A DNA stretch of 23,546 bases from a candidate division WOR-3 bacterium. Lineage in GTDB: Bacteria; Hydrothermota; Tepidihabitantia; SM23-42; CAYGYG01. Shown here piece by piece: positions 8,703 to 17,969 of this stretch. Location of the stretch: assembly GCA_965648915.1 (NCBI GenBank), contig CBFGIV010000004.1, positions 58,069 to 81,614 on the forward strand, given 5' to 3'. Position 1 is the first letter of the stretch; every line of letters begins with the position of its first letter. Both the position numbers and the translations under genes were made by a program. The notes beneath the pieces are model-generated. The model saw only the letters and a list, made by a program, of their open reading frames with translations. It searched no databases and had not been told where the DNA came from.

Positions 8703-10136
8703 ATGAAGCCTATTTTTGTAATTATTATTGCATCTAAAATCATGTTAGCCCAAGATACTCTTATCCGCTGGGAGCCGGAACAACAGTTGACCAATGATAC
8801 TTTTGAAATCTATGGTCCTTGCCTTGCCTGTCAGGACTCAATTGTCCATCTTGTTTATATGAGGAGTCCACGCACCGGCTGTGGCTCAATATGGTATTTA
8901 AGGAGCACTGACCATGGAGAAAGCTGGGCACCGCCTCGTCTCATCTCGGATTCTCGGCCACGTAGCACCAGAAACCAATTTGTTATTTCTGATGAAAATA
9001 TGCACTGTGTTTGGATTGATTTTATTGATTCTATTAATTATCATTGTTTGGGTTATTGTCGGAGCACAAACCGGGGTGAATCTTGGGAGCCATATCGTTA
9101 TCTTGGTCCGTGCTATCAGCGTAACGGTATTGGTGTAATTTCTGACACCATACTTATTATTGCTTATGTTCGTGACTCCATCCCTCCTAATCCGCCTGGT
9201 CTTTACTTTACCAGAAGCATTGATAATGGTATAACCTGGACACCTTATAAATTCATCAATAACTGGTGGACTAATTATAATCTTTCAATGGTTTATAATA
9301 AAGGTATTTTCCACACTGTTTTTCATGGATGTCCTCCCAATACTTGGGATAAAATTTATTACATGTTTACTACCAACTTGGGCGAGACCTGGAGCACACC
9401 CGTAGCTATTGCAGATTCTTTTCTACCAAAGAATCCCAAATTGAGAAAAAATTCTCTTGATTACCTTTTTACTGTTTGGTCTGATAACAAGGCCTTAAAC
9501 TTTTTTACCGATGTAGTGATGTTTCGTAAGAGCACAGATAATGGCATTACCTGGACGCCTGAGCAACGGATTTCAACCCATCATTTGGTGCAATATGATG
9601 TTGACCTTGCGGTTACTGAAACCGATGCCTATGCGGTATGGCCCAAATATTTCACTTGTCTTGAATTTCGCGCAAGCACTGATTTAGGAGATAACTGGTT
9701 ATCAGAAGAGACTTTGTGCGACACCATTTCAGATGGCACCCGTGTTTCAGCTTCATCTCAAGGATGGGTATTTGTGAGCTGGACGGATTATAGAACTATT
9801 CCAAAGCAACTCTATTTTCGAAGGGGGAGGAGGCTTCCTGTGGCAGTTAGAGAAGCAACTAATAAAGAGAAATGTTTTTTTTCTATCTCGCCCAATCCGG
9901 CTAATAATTTTTTATCTATAAAAATACCAAACCAGGGGGGAGAAAAGATAAGCATAGAAGTCTTCAATATCTGTGGTTCTAAGATCTGGTCTAAAAGAAT
10001 CGGCCGGGGTAATTGCAAGGAGATATACTGGGATACCAAAGACAAAAAGGGACGTCTAATTCCAGCAGGCATCTATTTCTTGCGTTTAAATATTGGCCAA
10101 TCTCATAATCTAAGAAAAATAGTAATAGCAAGATGA
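8703..10136 (+). CDS. Secreted BNR/Asp-box (sialidase-fold) beta-propeller protein with C-terminal FlgD-Ig/T9SS type A-like sorting domain
   Basis: Signal-like MKPIFVIIIASKIMLAQ; six Asp-boxes (STDHGESW, STNRGESW, SIDNGITW, TTNLGETW, STDNGITW, STDLGDNW); C-terminal SPNPA...WDTKDKKGRLIPAGIYFLRL...KIVIAR. ATG 8703 preferred over TTG 8697. Confidence 0.88.
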   Translation: MKPIFVIIIASKIMLAQDTLIRWEPEQQLTNDTFEIYGPCLACQDSIVHLVYMRSPRTGCGSIWYLRSTDHGESWAPPRLISDSRPRSTRNQFVISDENMHCVWIDFIDSINYHCLGYCRSTNRGESWEPYRYLGPCYQRNGIGVISDTILIIAYVRDSIPPNPPGLYFTRSIDNGITWTPYKFINNWWTNYNLSMVYNKGIFHTVFHGCPPNTWDKIYYMFTTNLGETWSTPVAIADSFLPKNPKLRKNSLDYLFTVWSDNKALNFFTDVVMFRKSTDNGITWTPEQRISTHHLVQYDVDLAVTETDAYAVWPKYFTCLEFRASTDLGDNWLSEETLCDTISDGTRVSASSQGWVFVSWTDYRTIPKQLYFRRGRRLPVAVREATNKEKCFFSISPNPANNFLSIKIPNQGGEKISIEVFNICGSKIWSKRIGRGNCKEIYWDTKDKKGRLIPAGIYFLRLNIGQSHNLRKIVIAR

Positions 10137-10146
10137 CGGAGGAAAT

Positions 10147-13100
10147 ATGCGTAGAACCATCATTAGTTTTTTGCTTATATTAAATGTTCTATTCGCTGCC
10201 TGGCAGAACCACGGTGGCCCATGGCGAACCAAGTGGGTGACAGATATCGGCGTAGGGATGAATTCAAATCAAGAAGTCTACATCTATCTTGTAAATCAGG
10301 ATACAATCTTAGCCAAAAGCACGGATGAAGGGCTATCCTGGACATTCTGCAGGGCAGGCCATTCAGCAATTAACCTTGTTAAATGTGTTGCGGTTGAACC
10401 AACAAATCCTACTACGGTTTACGAAGGTGTACCCGGTAATACGATTGATGCTGGAATCAGGAAATCTTATGATGGTGGGATGAACTGGACTGCAGTCAAT
10501 ATCAATTTACCCTCACCACTTGACCCTTCGCGACTGATAATGTTTCCTGATGATTATCAGACATTACTCTTAGGAACAGGCAGGACACAGGGAGGCAATC
10601 AATCTCTGTTCAAAACTACTAATGGTGGTTCATTATGGCGAAATGTAACACCTGTTGCTAATACATTTTCAGTGACCGATTTTTGTCTCCATCCTCTATT
10701 GACAAACTTTGTGTATTTTTCAACTGATTGGTCAAGTGACCTACCACAAGCTTGGCGTGGTATATGGCGGAGTGAAGATCGAGGAAGCCACTGGGATCAC
10801 ATTGGTAAACCCGGGAATCCAGGTGAGCCTTATGTTCTCGAATATCCAGAAATTCTCTGCGTTGCTGTTGGATCAAATGGTTATATATACGCTGGCTATG
10901 GGCCTGTTCAATCTGGCAGAACATTCGGCGGCATTGAAAGATCGACTGACGGTGGCGTACATTGGCAGAATTTGTCCTTAACTCTCCAACAACTTTCTGT
11001 GACTGACATCGTAGTTGACCCAAACGATCCTTCCATTATCTATGCATCAGTCGGCACGCTCTTTTATCCCTATGATGGCCAAGGAGTTCTTAAAAGTACT
11101 GATTATGGCGTCAGCTGGCAAGGGTTCAATAACGAAATGGGGGATAAGTTTGTCTTTTCCTTAAAGATGAGCAATAACAATCCAAGTGGAACTTGGAATC
11201 TCTATGCCGGGACACTTCTTAATTTCTACAAACTGATAATCTCTGGTCCTATTTACTTTTGGGAAGACAGGATAAAGAATATGTATATCTCAGAGACGAA
11301 ATTCACAGAACCTCGTCTACCGAATTTTTGGACTTTTTCAGACTGTGCTCTTTACAAAAGTCCCGATGCATGTCATTCATGGAAAATGATTGCAAGTTTT
11401 CCTTTTCCTTCGGATGAAGGAGTAGTTTCACCAGCAACCAATCAAATAATGCTCCGCTCAACAAATGTTCTCTTCCCGAATATCCCCTTTTATTACGAAA
11501 CCTGGATATGCAGGAGCACTGACCAGGGCGCGACCTGGTCGAAAGTATGGTCATCCAGCAATGAGAATAATATCACATGCATTGAGTTTGATCCATCATT
11601 CCCAGGCGCAAATGTATATGCAAATCGCAATTTTTATCCTCCATATTTTTGTCAATTAAAGAGTATAGATGCAGGACAAAATTGGTTTGATATTTCTAGT
11701 CCCAGAATGATCGCATCTTTTGCTATTGACAAAAACAATTCAAACCATCTTTATGCGGGGAATGATCGATTTTCCTGGTCTGAGGTTTATGAGAGTAATG
11801 ACGGCGGTTCAAGCTGGCACTGGAAAAGCAACGGTATTGATTACACCTGGAGTGGAATACCTTTTTTGGAATTCAGCAATATTGATAACCTTACTCTCTA
11901 TGCTGGGACTGAACATGGATCGGCAGACTTTTACAGAACTCTAAATGCTGGTGAATACTGGCAAAAAATGGGGACATTATCTGAATGTAATTTAAGTGCT
12001 GCGACTCTTGATCCTGAGGAACCAACAATATTATATGCAGGGGTTCAGAAATCTCTTACTTTAGATTATAAGGTTTATCTTAGTGTGGACGCAGGAAGAC
12101 AATGGATAGACATAAGTGAAGGATTACCCTATTCATCAACTTATAGTTTAACAATAGATTTCAATCATCCGGATACTACTTATGCAGCAACCGATAGTGG
12201 ACTTTATTATTATGTCCCGCCCTTCAACAAATCCCTTGTCAGTTCTTCCGATACTGCCACTTCATACAACAATTCCCGCAAAATGGTTCGGGTTGAAAAC
12301 ACCGACGAGATCTGGATTACCTATGAATCAGGTGAAGTCATCTATGCGGTTCAATCTCTCAATGCTGGTGGCAGTTGGTCAAGGAAAATGGAAATTGGCG
12401 AAGGATGCCATCCGGCCATTGCTCTTTACCCCTGTGGAGATCCTCCGATTTGGTTGCCCTGTATCACGTGGCGTGGCACTGATGGAATTAGCCTCTATTT
12501 CAGCCGTTACGACGGCATGAACTGGTCAGCGCCCACGCTGGTTTATCAAAGCACCTCTCCGATTGGTCCACCAGGATTCACAGTTAGCACCTTGCCCTTA
12601 ATTCCGCCTATGGGACACATAGCATTTAATACTTCTGAGACACCCGAGAACCGAGTCTTGTATGGCTTTTTCTCTATTTTTAATCCAGGTTTAATTGACC
12701 CACAGACGCTGTATATTGGAGAAAACATGAGTTTAGTCTCTATAGATTATACTTCATCGCTGAATCAGATACATGTTGTTTTCGATTATGATTCCTGGAT
12801 CGTGACTCGGTACTCCACTGATGGTGGCCAAAGCTGGTCTATGCCTGAATGGGTTTCTCAGGTTGATAACAACCATTATCCTTCGATCGAGGCCGGGGGT
12901 TCAGCGGTCTATTTCTTCTGGCAAGGAACTGGGCCAAATAACCAGCCCGATATCTACTGCCGCCATCGATACTGGGATGGCGCAAATTGGTGGTGGTCGG
13001 AAGTGATGCGAGTAAACTATAGCGATGGTGCTTCAAAGTACCCGACTTCGGCCGGGGGCTTCAGCTGTTGCTGGTCAGAGTATACTGGTAGCAATTGGGA

Positions 13101-14034
13101 AATATTCCTTAGTCGGTATGATCCGATGACTGGTCAATGGCGTCCGCCTGTAAACATCAGTTCATCAACTGGGCGATCTATGTTTTCTCACCTAAATCTT
13201 CAGCAGGATATGACAGGCATTATAAGATATTTTATCACTTACACTGAAAGAGATCAAGCACCCTATGACATCGCTTTCAAAACCTATATTCCACCGTCCG
13301 AGCCAGACCAACCTTTCTACGCCGGTGATGTTGGTCAAGAGAATCCGGGACCATTCAATCTTAAAAGAAGTGGTTACATTAGCTACGGCAAAGAATCCTA
13401 TAAGACGATTGATTATGATACCGACTTTCTCTATTACAGGATGGGTAAATTCAATCCTAAAAAATTCTATAAAATTGAAGGAGTCTTCTACCACGAAAAC
13501 GAACAGAGTTGCGATTTAGTCGTTGAAATTGACGGTAAAGGAATAGGACGAATAACTGTTCCGCCAAAAACGATCAAGAGGTTAAAAGCACTAAACCCGC
13601 TTGAGCTCTATCAGGATAGTGTTATTTATGTCAAAGCCAAATGTCCTGATGGTAACTCCGTTCTCAGTCTCTTGATTGCTTATGAATACGAGAAGACCAA
13701 GGTAAGCGTTGGTGGCGGTAGCGGAACACAATCGGTTGAAAATTCATTGCTAATTCCTAAAGATTTCGTTATCTCTAACTCGCCTAATCCTTTTCGAAAC
13801 CTGACAACGATCAGATATCAATTACCTCTAAATTGTCAAGTCTCGTTTGAGGTTTATGATGTCTGCGGTAAACTTATAAAGAGGCTGATTGAAGGAGAAA
13901 GAAAAGCTGGTTATTATTCGCTTGTCTGGAATGGCAAAAATGAGAAAGGAAAGCCGCTTGCCAGCGGAATTTATTTCTGTAAAATTAGAGCTGGTAAGTT
14001 TAATCAAACAAAGAAGTTATTGCTATTGCGTTAA
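10147..14034 (+). CDS. Large secreted protein: VPS10/BNR-like multi-propeller N-half, conserved C-terminal module, FlgD-Ig/T9SS type A-like CTD
   Basis: 1295 aa; GGAGG SD; signal peptide MRRTIISFLLILNVLFA; more than 10 Asp-boxes (e.g. STDEGLSW, SYDGGMNW, STDGGVHW); C-terminal SPNPFRNLTTIRYQLP...WNGKNEKGKPLASGIYF...TKKLLLLR. Confidence 0.9.
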   Translation: MRRTIISFLLILNVLFAAWQNHGGPWRTKWVTDIGVGMNSNQEVYIYLVNQDTILAKSTDEGLSWTFCRAGHSAINLVKCVAVEPTNPTTVYEGVPGNTIDAGIRKSYDGGMNWTAVNINLPSPLDPSRLIMFPDDYQTLLLGTGRTQGGNQSLFKTTNGGSLWRNVTPVANTFSVTDFCLHPLLTNFVYFSTDWSSDLPQAWRGIWRSEDRGSHWDHIGKPGNPGEPYVLEYPEILCVAVGSNGYIYAGYGPVQSGRTFGGIERSTDGGVHWQNLSLTLQQLSVTDIVVDPNDPSIIYASVGTLFYPYDGQGVLKSTDYGVSWQGFNNEMGDKFVFSLKMSNNNPSGTWNLYAGTLLNFYKLIISGPIYFWEDRIKNMYISETKFTEPRLPNFWTFSDCALYKSPDACHSWKMIASFPFPSDEGVVSPATNQIMLRSTNVLFPNIPFYYETWICRSTDQGATWSKVWSSSNENNITCIEFDPSFPGANVYANRNFYPPYFCQLKSIDAGQNWFDISSPRMIASFAIDKNNSNHLYAGNDRFSWSEVYESNDGGSSWHWKSNGIDYTWSGIPFLEFSNIDNLTLYAGTEHGSADFYRTLNAGEYWQKMGTLSECNLSAATLDPEEPTILYAGVQKSLTLDYKVYLSVDAGRQWIDISEGLPYSSTYSLTIDFNHPDTTYAATDSGLYYYVPPFNKSLVSSSDTATSYNNSRKMVRVENTDEIWITYESGEVIYAVQSLNAGGSWSRKMEIGEGCHPAIALYPCGDPPIWLPCITWRGTDGISLYFSRYDGMNWSAPTLVYQSTSPIGPPGFTVSTLPLIPPMGHIAFNTSETPENRVLYGFFSIFNPGLIDPQTLYIGENMSLVSIDYTSSLNQIHVVFDYDSWIVTRYSTDGGQSWSMPEWVSQVDNNHYPSIEAGGSAVYFFWQGTGPNNQPDIYCRHRYWDGANWWWSEVMRVNYSDGASKYPTSAGGFSCCWSEYTGSNWEIFLSRYDPMTGQWRPPVNISSSTGRSMFSHLNLQQDMTGIIRYFITYTERDQAPYDIAFKTYIPPSEPDQPFYAGDVGQENPGPFNLKRSGYISYGKESYKTIDYDTDFLYYRMGKFNPKKFYKIEGVFYHENEQSCDLVVEIDGKGIGRITVPPKTIKRLKALNPLELYQDSVIYVKAKCPDGNSVLSLLIAYEYEKTKVSVGGGSGTQSVENSLLIPKDFVISNSPNPFRNLTTIRYQLPLNCQVSFEVYDVCGKLIKRLIEGERKAGYYSLVWNGKNEKGKPLASGIYFCKIRAGKFNQTKKLLLLR

Positions 14035-14100
14035 GAACTAACAGTCAAGGGCTGTGGCACGGAAAGCCACCATACCAGAGTAAAAAATAAATTGTGGTAA

Positions 14101-14364
14101 TCACTCAGACGCCCTGACCGTCGTTATCTTCACTCGTTTAATCCTATCCATCTTTTTGTCTCGCAATTTTTCTCTAATTCTATTTTCCACAAGGTAGCTC
14201 GTTGCGACGGAAACGGCGAAGTCAAACCCGGCTTTAAGATTTTTCAGGATGTTCTTGATAAAATCCAACTCGCCCGTTTCGATTTCGATGGCGATACTGT
14301 AATTGCCTTTTTTCACCGCCACATCAACCATCGAGAACAACTTAAAAATTTGAACATGGTGCAT
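14101..14364 (-). pseudogene. Probable gene remnant: C-terminal PD-(D/E)xK-like nuclease-fold fragment
   Basis: VDVAVKKGNYSIAIEIETG...NILKNLKAGFD has the D...ExE spacing of restriction-endonuclease-like domains; very short, no clear SD or N-terminal part. Confidence 0.5.
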
Positions 14365-14431
14365 TTATATAATAACAGATGATTCTTTTAGGATGGATAC
14401 CTTGTTTTGACACTTTGCATTTTTTTTCTAA

Positions 14432-14459
14432 TTGACATTTTGAAATTATATACTATAAT
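14432..14459 (+). promoter_or_regulatory. sigma70-type promoter for the EamA gene
   Basis: TTGACA-N16-TATAAT, ending 5 nt before the ATG at 14465. Confidence 0.7.
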
Positions 14460-14464
14460 TGATT

Positions 14465-14869
14465 ATGAAAGGCTGGCACTTCTATGCAATTTTAGCGGTA
14501 ATCGTCTGGGGGGTCTGGGGATTTTTAACCAAGTGGTCGGTTGATAAACTTGGCAGTTTGCAGGCATATTTAGCAATTTCGCTGGGAGCAATCATCTTAC
14601 CCATTTTTTTCATACCTTTCATACATCTGCCTGCAATAAATCTTCCCTTCTGGATAGCGGTTGGCACCGGTATCCTGGGAAGTATCGGGACCCTTCTCCT
14701 CGCCCGTGCTTTTACTACCGGGCAAACTAATGTTGTTATACCAATTACCGCTCAGTATATCTTAGTTACGGTAATTCTTGCCCGGCTGTTCTATCAAGAA
14801 CATTTGCCGTTGACAAGGATTATCGGAATTATTCTGAGTATTCTGGCAATAATTCTTCTGTCGAAATAA
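14465..14869 (+). CDS. EamA/DMT-superfamily small membrane transporter (single EamA domain)
   Basis: About 134 aa with ~5 TM segments; A..WGVWGFLTK start, GQTNVVIPITAQY, LFYQEHLPLTRIIGIILSILAIILLS end. Confidence 0.88.
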   Translation: MKGWHFYAILAVIVWGVWGFLTKWSVDKLGSLQAYLAISLGAIILPIFFIPFIHLPAINLPFWIAVGTGILGSIGTLLLARAFTTGQTNVVIPITAQYILVTVILARLFYQEHLPLTRIIGIILSILAIILLSK

Positions 14870-14886
14870 TTGAACTCTCGTCTATC

Positions 14887-16161
14887 TCATAGACCCGATA
14901 CCCGCTGTTGGCCCTTCTCCGCGAGATTGATGATGTCGGTTTTGGAGATTCGATTGACGACCTCGATCGGAGTAAAGGCGGGGCGGTTTCGGGCTATCTC
15001 CAGAGTCCTTTCATAATAGGTTGCTGCTGCCGACTTATTACCTGCTGCCTCGTAAGTATCGGCAAGCTGGAGACAGGCAAAAAGAATCTGGGGGTTCAGA
15101 TTTATTGCTCTCTGTAATTGCTCAACGGCATCGGTCAGTTTTCCCTCCTGCTTAAAGACCATCCCGAGCAGAATATGGTGTTCGGGATTGTCGGGGTCCC
15201 TGGTCATCAAGTCGGTTAAGATATTCTTGGCAAATTCGAACTTCTTTTGATTCAGATAGATGGTTGCAATCACCAACTTTGATGGAATTCGACTCAAAAG
15301 CAGTGAAGGCCCTTTACAATATAGAGAAGTATGGTCAATCTCAATGGGGCGTAATTCATTGGTGATACCTAACAATGTCTCATGGGGACCGATAAAGAGA
15401 TAGCCGATATCGCAAAGAGAGTCATAGAAACGGCTGATGACCCTTCGCGTAGATTCAATCTTGAAATGGATTGTAACATTACGACAGAAGATGATATCCT
15501 GCTCAGCAACCTCTTCAATCGGGAATGGCTCGTGCACTAAATTTATATATTTAAATTTGATAAATTCCTTTATGAAATCCTTGACTCGATAACGGTTATT
15601 CTGGATATCAAAATATTTATCCAGATATTCCTTTTTCAGATTCTTGATCGAATTCTTTGTATATTCACCGGTCTGGGCAATGTTAAGGGCATTCTGGCTC
15701 ACATCGCTTGCTAAGACTTCAATCCGCCATCCTTTAAGCGATTCCAGTGCCTCAAGAAGTGTTATGACAATTGAATAAGTCTCTTCGCCGGTGGAACAGC
15801 CGGCATTCCAGACCTTTATCGTCTTCTCCTTAAATTCTTTACGCTCAATTATTTCGGGAACGACATTTTCACTCAGGATCCGGAAGTGTTCTGGTGTTTT
15901 AAAAAAATATGGTTCATTGAGGGTGATAAGGTTGAGGAGATTACGAAATGCCTCTTGATTCGGGTCTCGATTGGTCAACAGGTCGAGGTAATCGTCGAAA
16001 CTCCGAACATGATTTATTGACATCTCGGTAACCAGACTGATTCTGAGGGCATCGAGGCGTGAATCATCAACATAGACACCGCTCCGGTCCTCGATAAATT
16101 CTCGAAGTTTCTCAAACTTATCCCGCGTGAAGTCTATCTCCAGAGGTATATATTCTGGCAT
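14887..16161 (-). CDS. cheR: CheR-type protein-glutamate O-methyltransferase with C-terminal TPR repeats
   Basis: ITLNEPYFFK, VWNAGCSTGEETYS, ASDVS, IIFCRNV, GYLFIG motifs followed by TPR-like helices. ATG 16161 preferred because the upstream TTG lies in the -35 box. Confidence 0.88.
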   Translation of the reverse strand: MPEYIPLEIDFTRDKFEKLREFIEDRSGVYVDDSRLDALRISLVTEMSINHVRSFDDYLDLLTNRDPNQEAFRNLLNLITLNEPYFFKTPEHFRILSENVVPEIIERKEFKEKTIKVWNAGCSTGEETYSIVITLLEALESLKGWRIEVLASDVSQNALNIAQTGEYTKNSIKNLKKEYLDKYFDIQNNRYRVKDFIKEFIKFKYINLVHEPFPIEEVAEQDIIFCRNVTIHFKIESTRRVISRFYDSLCDIGYLFIGPHETLLGITNELRPIEIDHTSLYCKGPSLLLSRIPSKLVIATIYLNQKKFEFAKNILTDLMTRDPDNPEHHILLGMVFKQEGKLTDAVEQLQRAINLNPQILFACLQLADTYEAAGNKSAAATYYERTLEIARNRPAFTPIEVVNRISKTDIINLAEKGQQRVSGL

Positions 16162-16169
16162 AATAGTCA

Positions 16170-16197
16170 ATATTACACATTTTTTAAGATTTGTCAA
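16170..16197 (-). promoter_or_regulatory. sigma70-type promoter for cheR-TPR
   Basis: TTGACA-N16-TAATAT. Confidence 0.6.
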
Positions 16198-16244
16198 TCA
16201 GTTTTGCAGGGGGGATGATCTTAATTCAATTCCGGAAATAACTA

Positions 16245-16317
16245 TGGGTCGTGCAGGATTCGAACCTGCGGCCACCGGATTAAAAATCCGGTGCTCTACC
16301 ACCTGAGCTAACGACCC
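16245..16317 (-). tRNA. tRNA-Lys(UUU), CCA not encoded
   Basis: GGGTCGT acceptor stem pairing with ACGACCC-A; D arm GCTC/GAGC; anticodon stem CCGGA/TCCGG with loop TT-TTT-AA; T arm GCAGG-TTCGAAT-CCTGC. Confidence 0.97.
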
Positions 16318-16326
16318 TGGGTGATG

Positions 16327-16354
16327 AGTATATCCAAAAGAAGGGATTGGTCAA
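16327..16354 (-). promoter_or_regulatory. sigma70-type promoter for tRNA-Lys
   Basis: TTGACC-N16-TATACT, 9 nt upstream of the tRNA 5' end. Confidence 0.7.
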
Positions 16355-16409
16355 TATAAATTAGAGGTAATTCTAATCGGTGAAAATGATTATTATTGAT
16401 GGTCGATCT

Positions 16410-17969
16410 TTACGCCCGGTATTTGAGGGGACAGGTGAGACACCGGCCCGCCTCTTTGCATATTAACTCACCTGATGTAGAAAGTTCAACCTGATTAAAG
16501 TCTCTTATCCTTTCTCCAATCGGCCGGGTCGGGATCACAATTCTTGAGTCCCGGGAATCGGGTAACACTTTAACCTTGGGGAAGTAATTTTGTTTAAAAA
16601 TTTTTCCGATGATTGGTGGAATATGACGCAGATCGAAATCGATTGCCTCGGCGGCCCGCATTCCCTGTCCAACTGCATGAGCCAGGGACATCGCGCCCAG
16701 CACCAGGTCGCCTCCAGCATATATGCGGGGATGTGAGGTCCGGAATCCTTTTATCTCTATCCAGCCTGAATTATTGATCCTGATAATATCTTTGAGAAAA
16801 TATGGATTCGGTGACTGCCCAATTGCAATCACCACTCTGTCGAGTTGCACATCAAATTCACTGCCTGTAACCGGTACGGGTTTACCTTCAATCAGTTCAG
16901 TCCTGGTCATTCTGACATTTTTCCCTTCGATCTTGATCGGGAGTGTTAAGGGTTCGATTTCAACACCTTCGGCCCGGGCTTCAGCGATATTTTCGTGTTC
17001 AGCCGGCATATCCTCGATGCGCCGCCGATAGAAGATAGTAACTTCGTTATCGAAGCGCCTTAAAGTCCGGGCAACATCGAAGGCGGTATTACCGCCACCG
17101 ATTACACCCACTTTGCCAAATTTTAATATCTCACCGTTTTTTGCCAATCTTAAAATTGCAAGGCCCTTGAGACATTTTTCTTCACCCGGAATGCCCAGTT
17201 TATTTTCTTCCCAGGCACCGGTCGCAAGGTAGATGCGATCGTAGATTTTTAACAGATCTTCGATCTTGATATCCTTACCCACTTCAGCCCCGAGTTTCAA
17301 TTCAATCTCGGGCAGAAGGAGGTCATTTATGTCCTGTTCAAGAATTGAATTGGGCAGTCGGAATTGAGGGAGAAAATGGGCTAAGATGCCACCAGGCCGA
17401 TTTTCTCTTTCGTAGATCGTCACGCGATAGCCTCGGGTGGCGAGTCGATAGGCACAGGAGAGCCCGCTTGGTCCAGCACCGACAACCGCAATCTTAAATT
17501 TTGGATTTAATTTTTTGGGTTTTTCTCTGTTAACTTTGATAAATAACTTGAGATACCTTATCGCTAAAGATTGATCAATTGCCCGGCGGGTGCAATGGTC
17601 TTCGCATGGTGCAGGACAGATAAAGCCCAGGGTTCGATAAAATGGCCAGAATGGGAAGAGTTGTTCACTCTTAGTAGCAAGGAAATTTAGATAGATCCAG
17701 GAAGGCATCCCGGCCGGGCAGTTTCTCTCACAGGGTGGTCGGTCGTAGTCTGGCCCCTTATAGGCATCCAGAATATTATAGAGCCAGACCATCAGCCAGG
17801 CGAGAATTAAGCTCCAGAATGCCTGGTTGATGCCGGTCCAGATGATCGCCATAATGGCGATTGTGCCATAGAATATTATTGCCAGCCAGATGCCGGTCCA
17901 GATCCGGCCTGAATAAATCTGGCCACCACCAACAATGAAGAGTGAAATCAGAGCGGCTCTATATCCCAA
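16410..17969 (-). CDS. GltD/SudA-like FAD- and NADPH-dependent Fe-S oxidoreductase with an N-terminal membrane anchor
   Basis: N-terminal hydrophobic segments (AALISLFIVGGGQIYSG...WLYNILDAY); PCERNCPAG, ICPAPCEDHC, FAD motif VVGAGPSG, GGGNTA plus YRR (NADP-type), YAGGD, C-terminal EAGRCLTC. Confidence 0.88.
   Translation of the reverse strand: MGYRAALISLFIVGGGQIYSGRIWTGIWLAIIFYGTIAIMAIIWTGINQAFWSLILAWLMVWLYNILDAYKGPDYDRPPCERNCPAGMPSWIYLNFLATKSEQLFPFWPFYRTLGFICPAPCEDHCTRRAIDQSLAIRYLKLFIKVNREKPKKLNPKFKIAVVGAGPSGLSCAYRLATRGYRVTIYERENRPGGILAHFLPQFRLPNSILEQDINDLLLPEIELKLGAEVGKDIKIEDLLKIYDRIYLATGAWEENKLGIPGEEKCLKGLAILRLAKNGEILKFGKVGVIGGGNTAFDVARTLRRFDNEVTIFYRRRIEDMPAEHENIAEARAEGVEIEPLTLPIKIEGKNVRMTRTELIEGKPVPVTGSEFDVQLDRVVIAIGQSPNPYFLKDIIRINNSGWIEIKGFRTSHPRIYAGGDLVLGAMSLAHAVGQGMRAAEAIDFDLRHIPPIIGKIFKQNYFPKVKVLPDSRDSRIVIPTRPIGERIRDFNQVELSTSGELICKEAGRCLTCPLKYRA

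Noticed and set aside
8703..10136. Calling the 479-aa protein a true sialidase
   Set aside because: Asp-boxes show only the fold; I could not identify the N-terminal (F/Y)RIP motif or a convincing arginine triad.
16245..16317. tRNA-Sec, suppressor tRNA, or tRNA integration site
   Set aside because: Standard 73-nt tRNA with a short variable loop and UUU anticodon. I saw no duplicated 3' end or integrase in the window.
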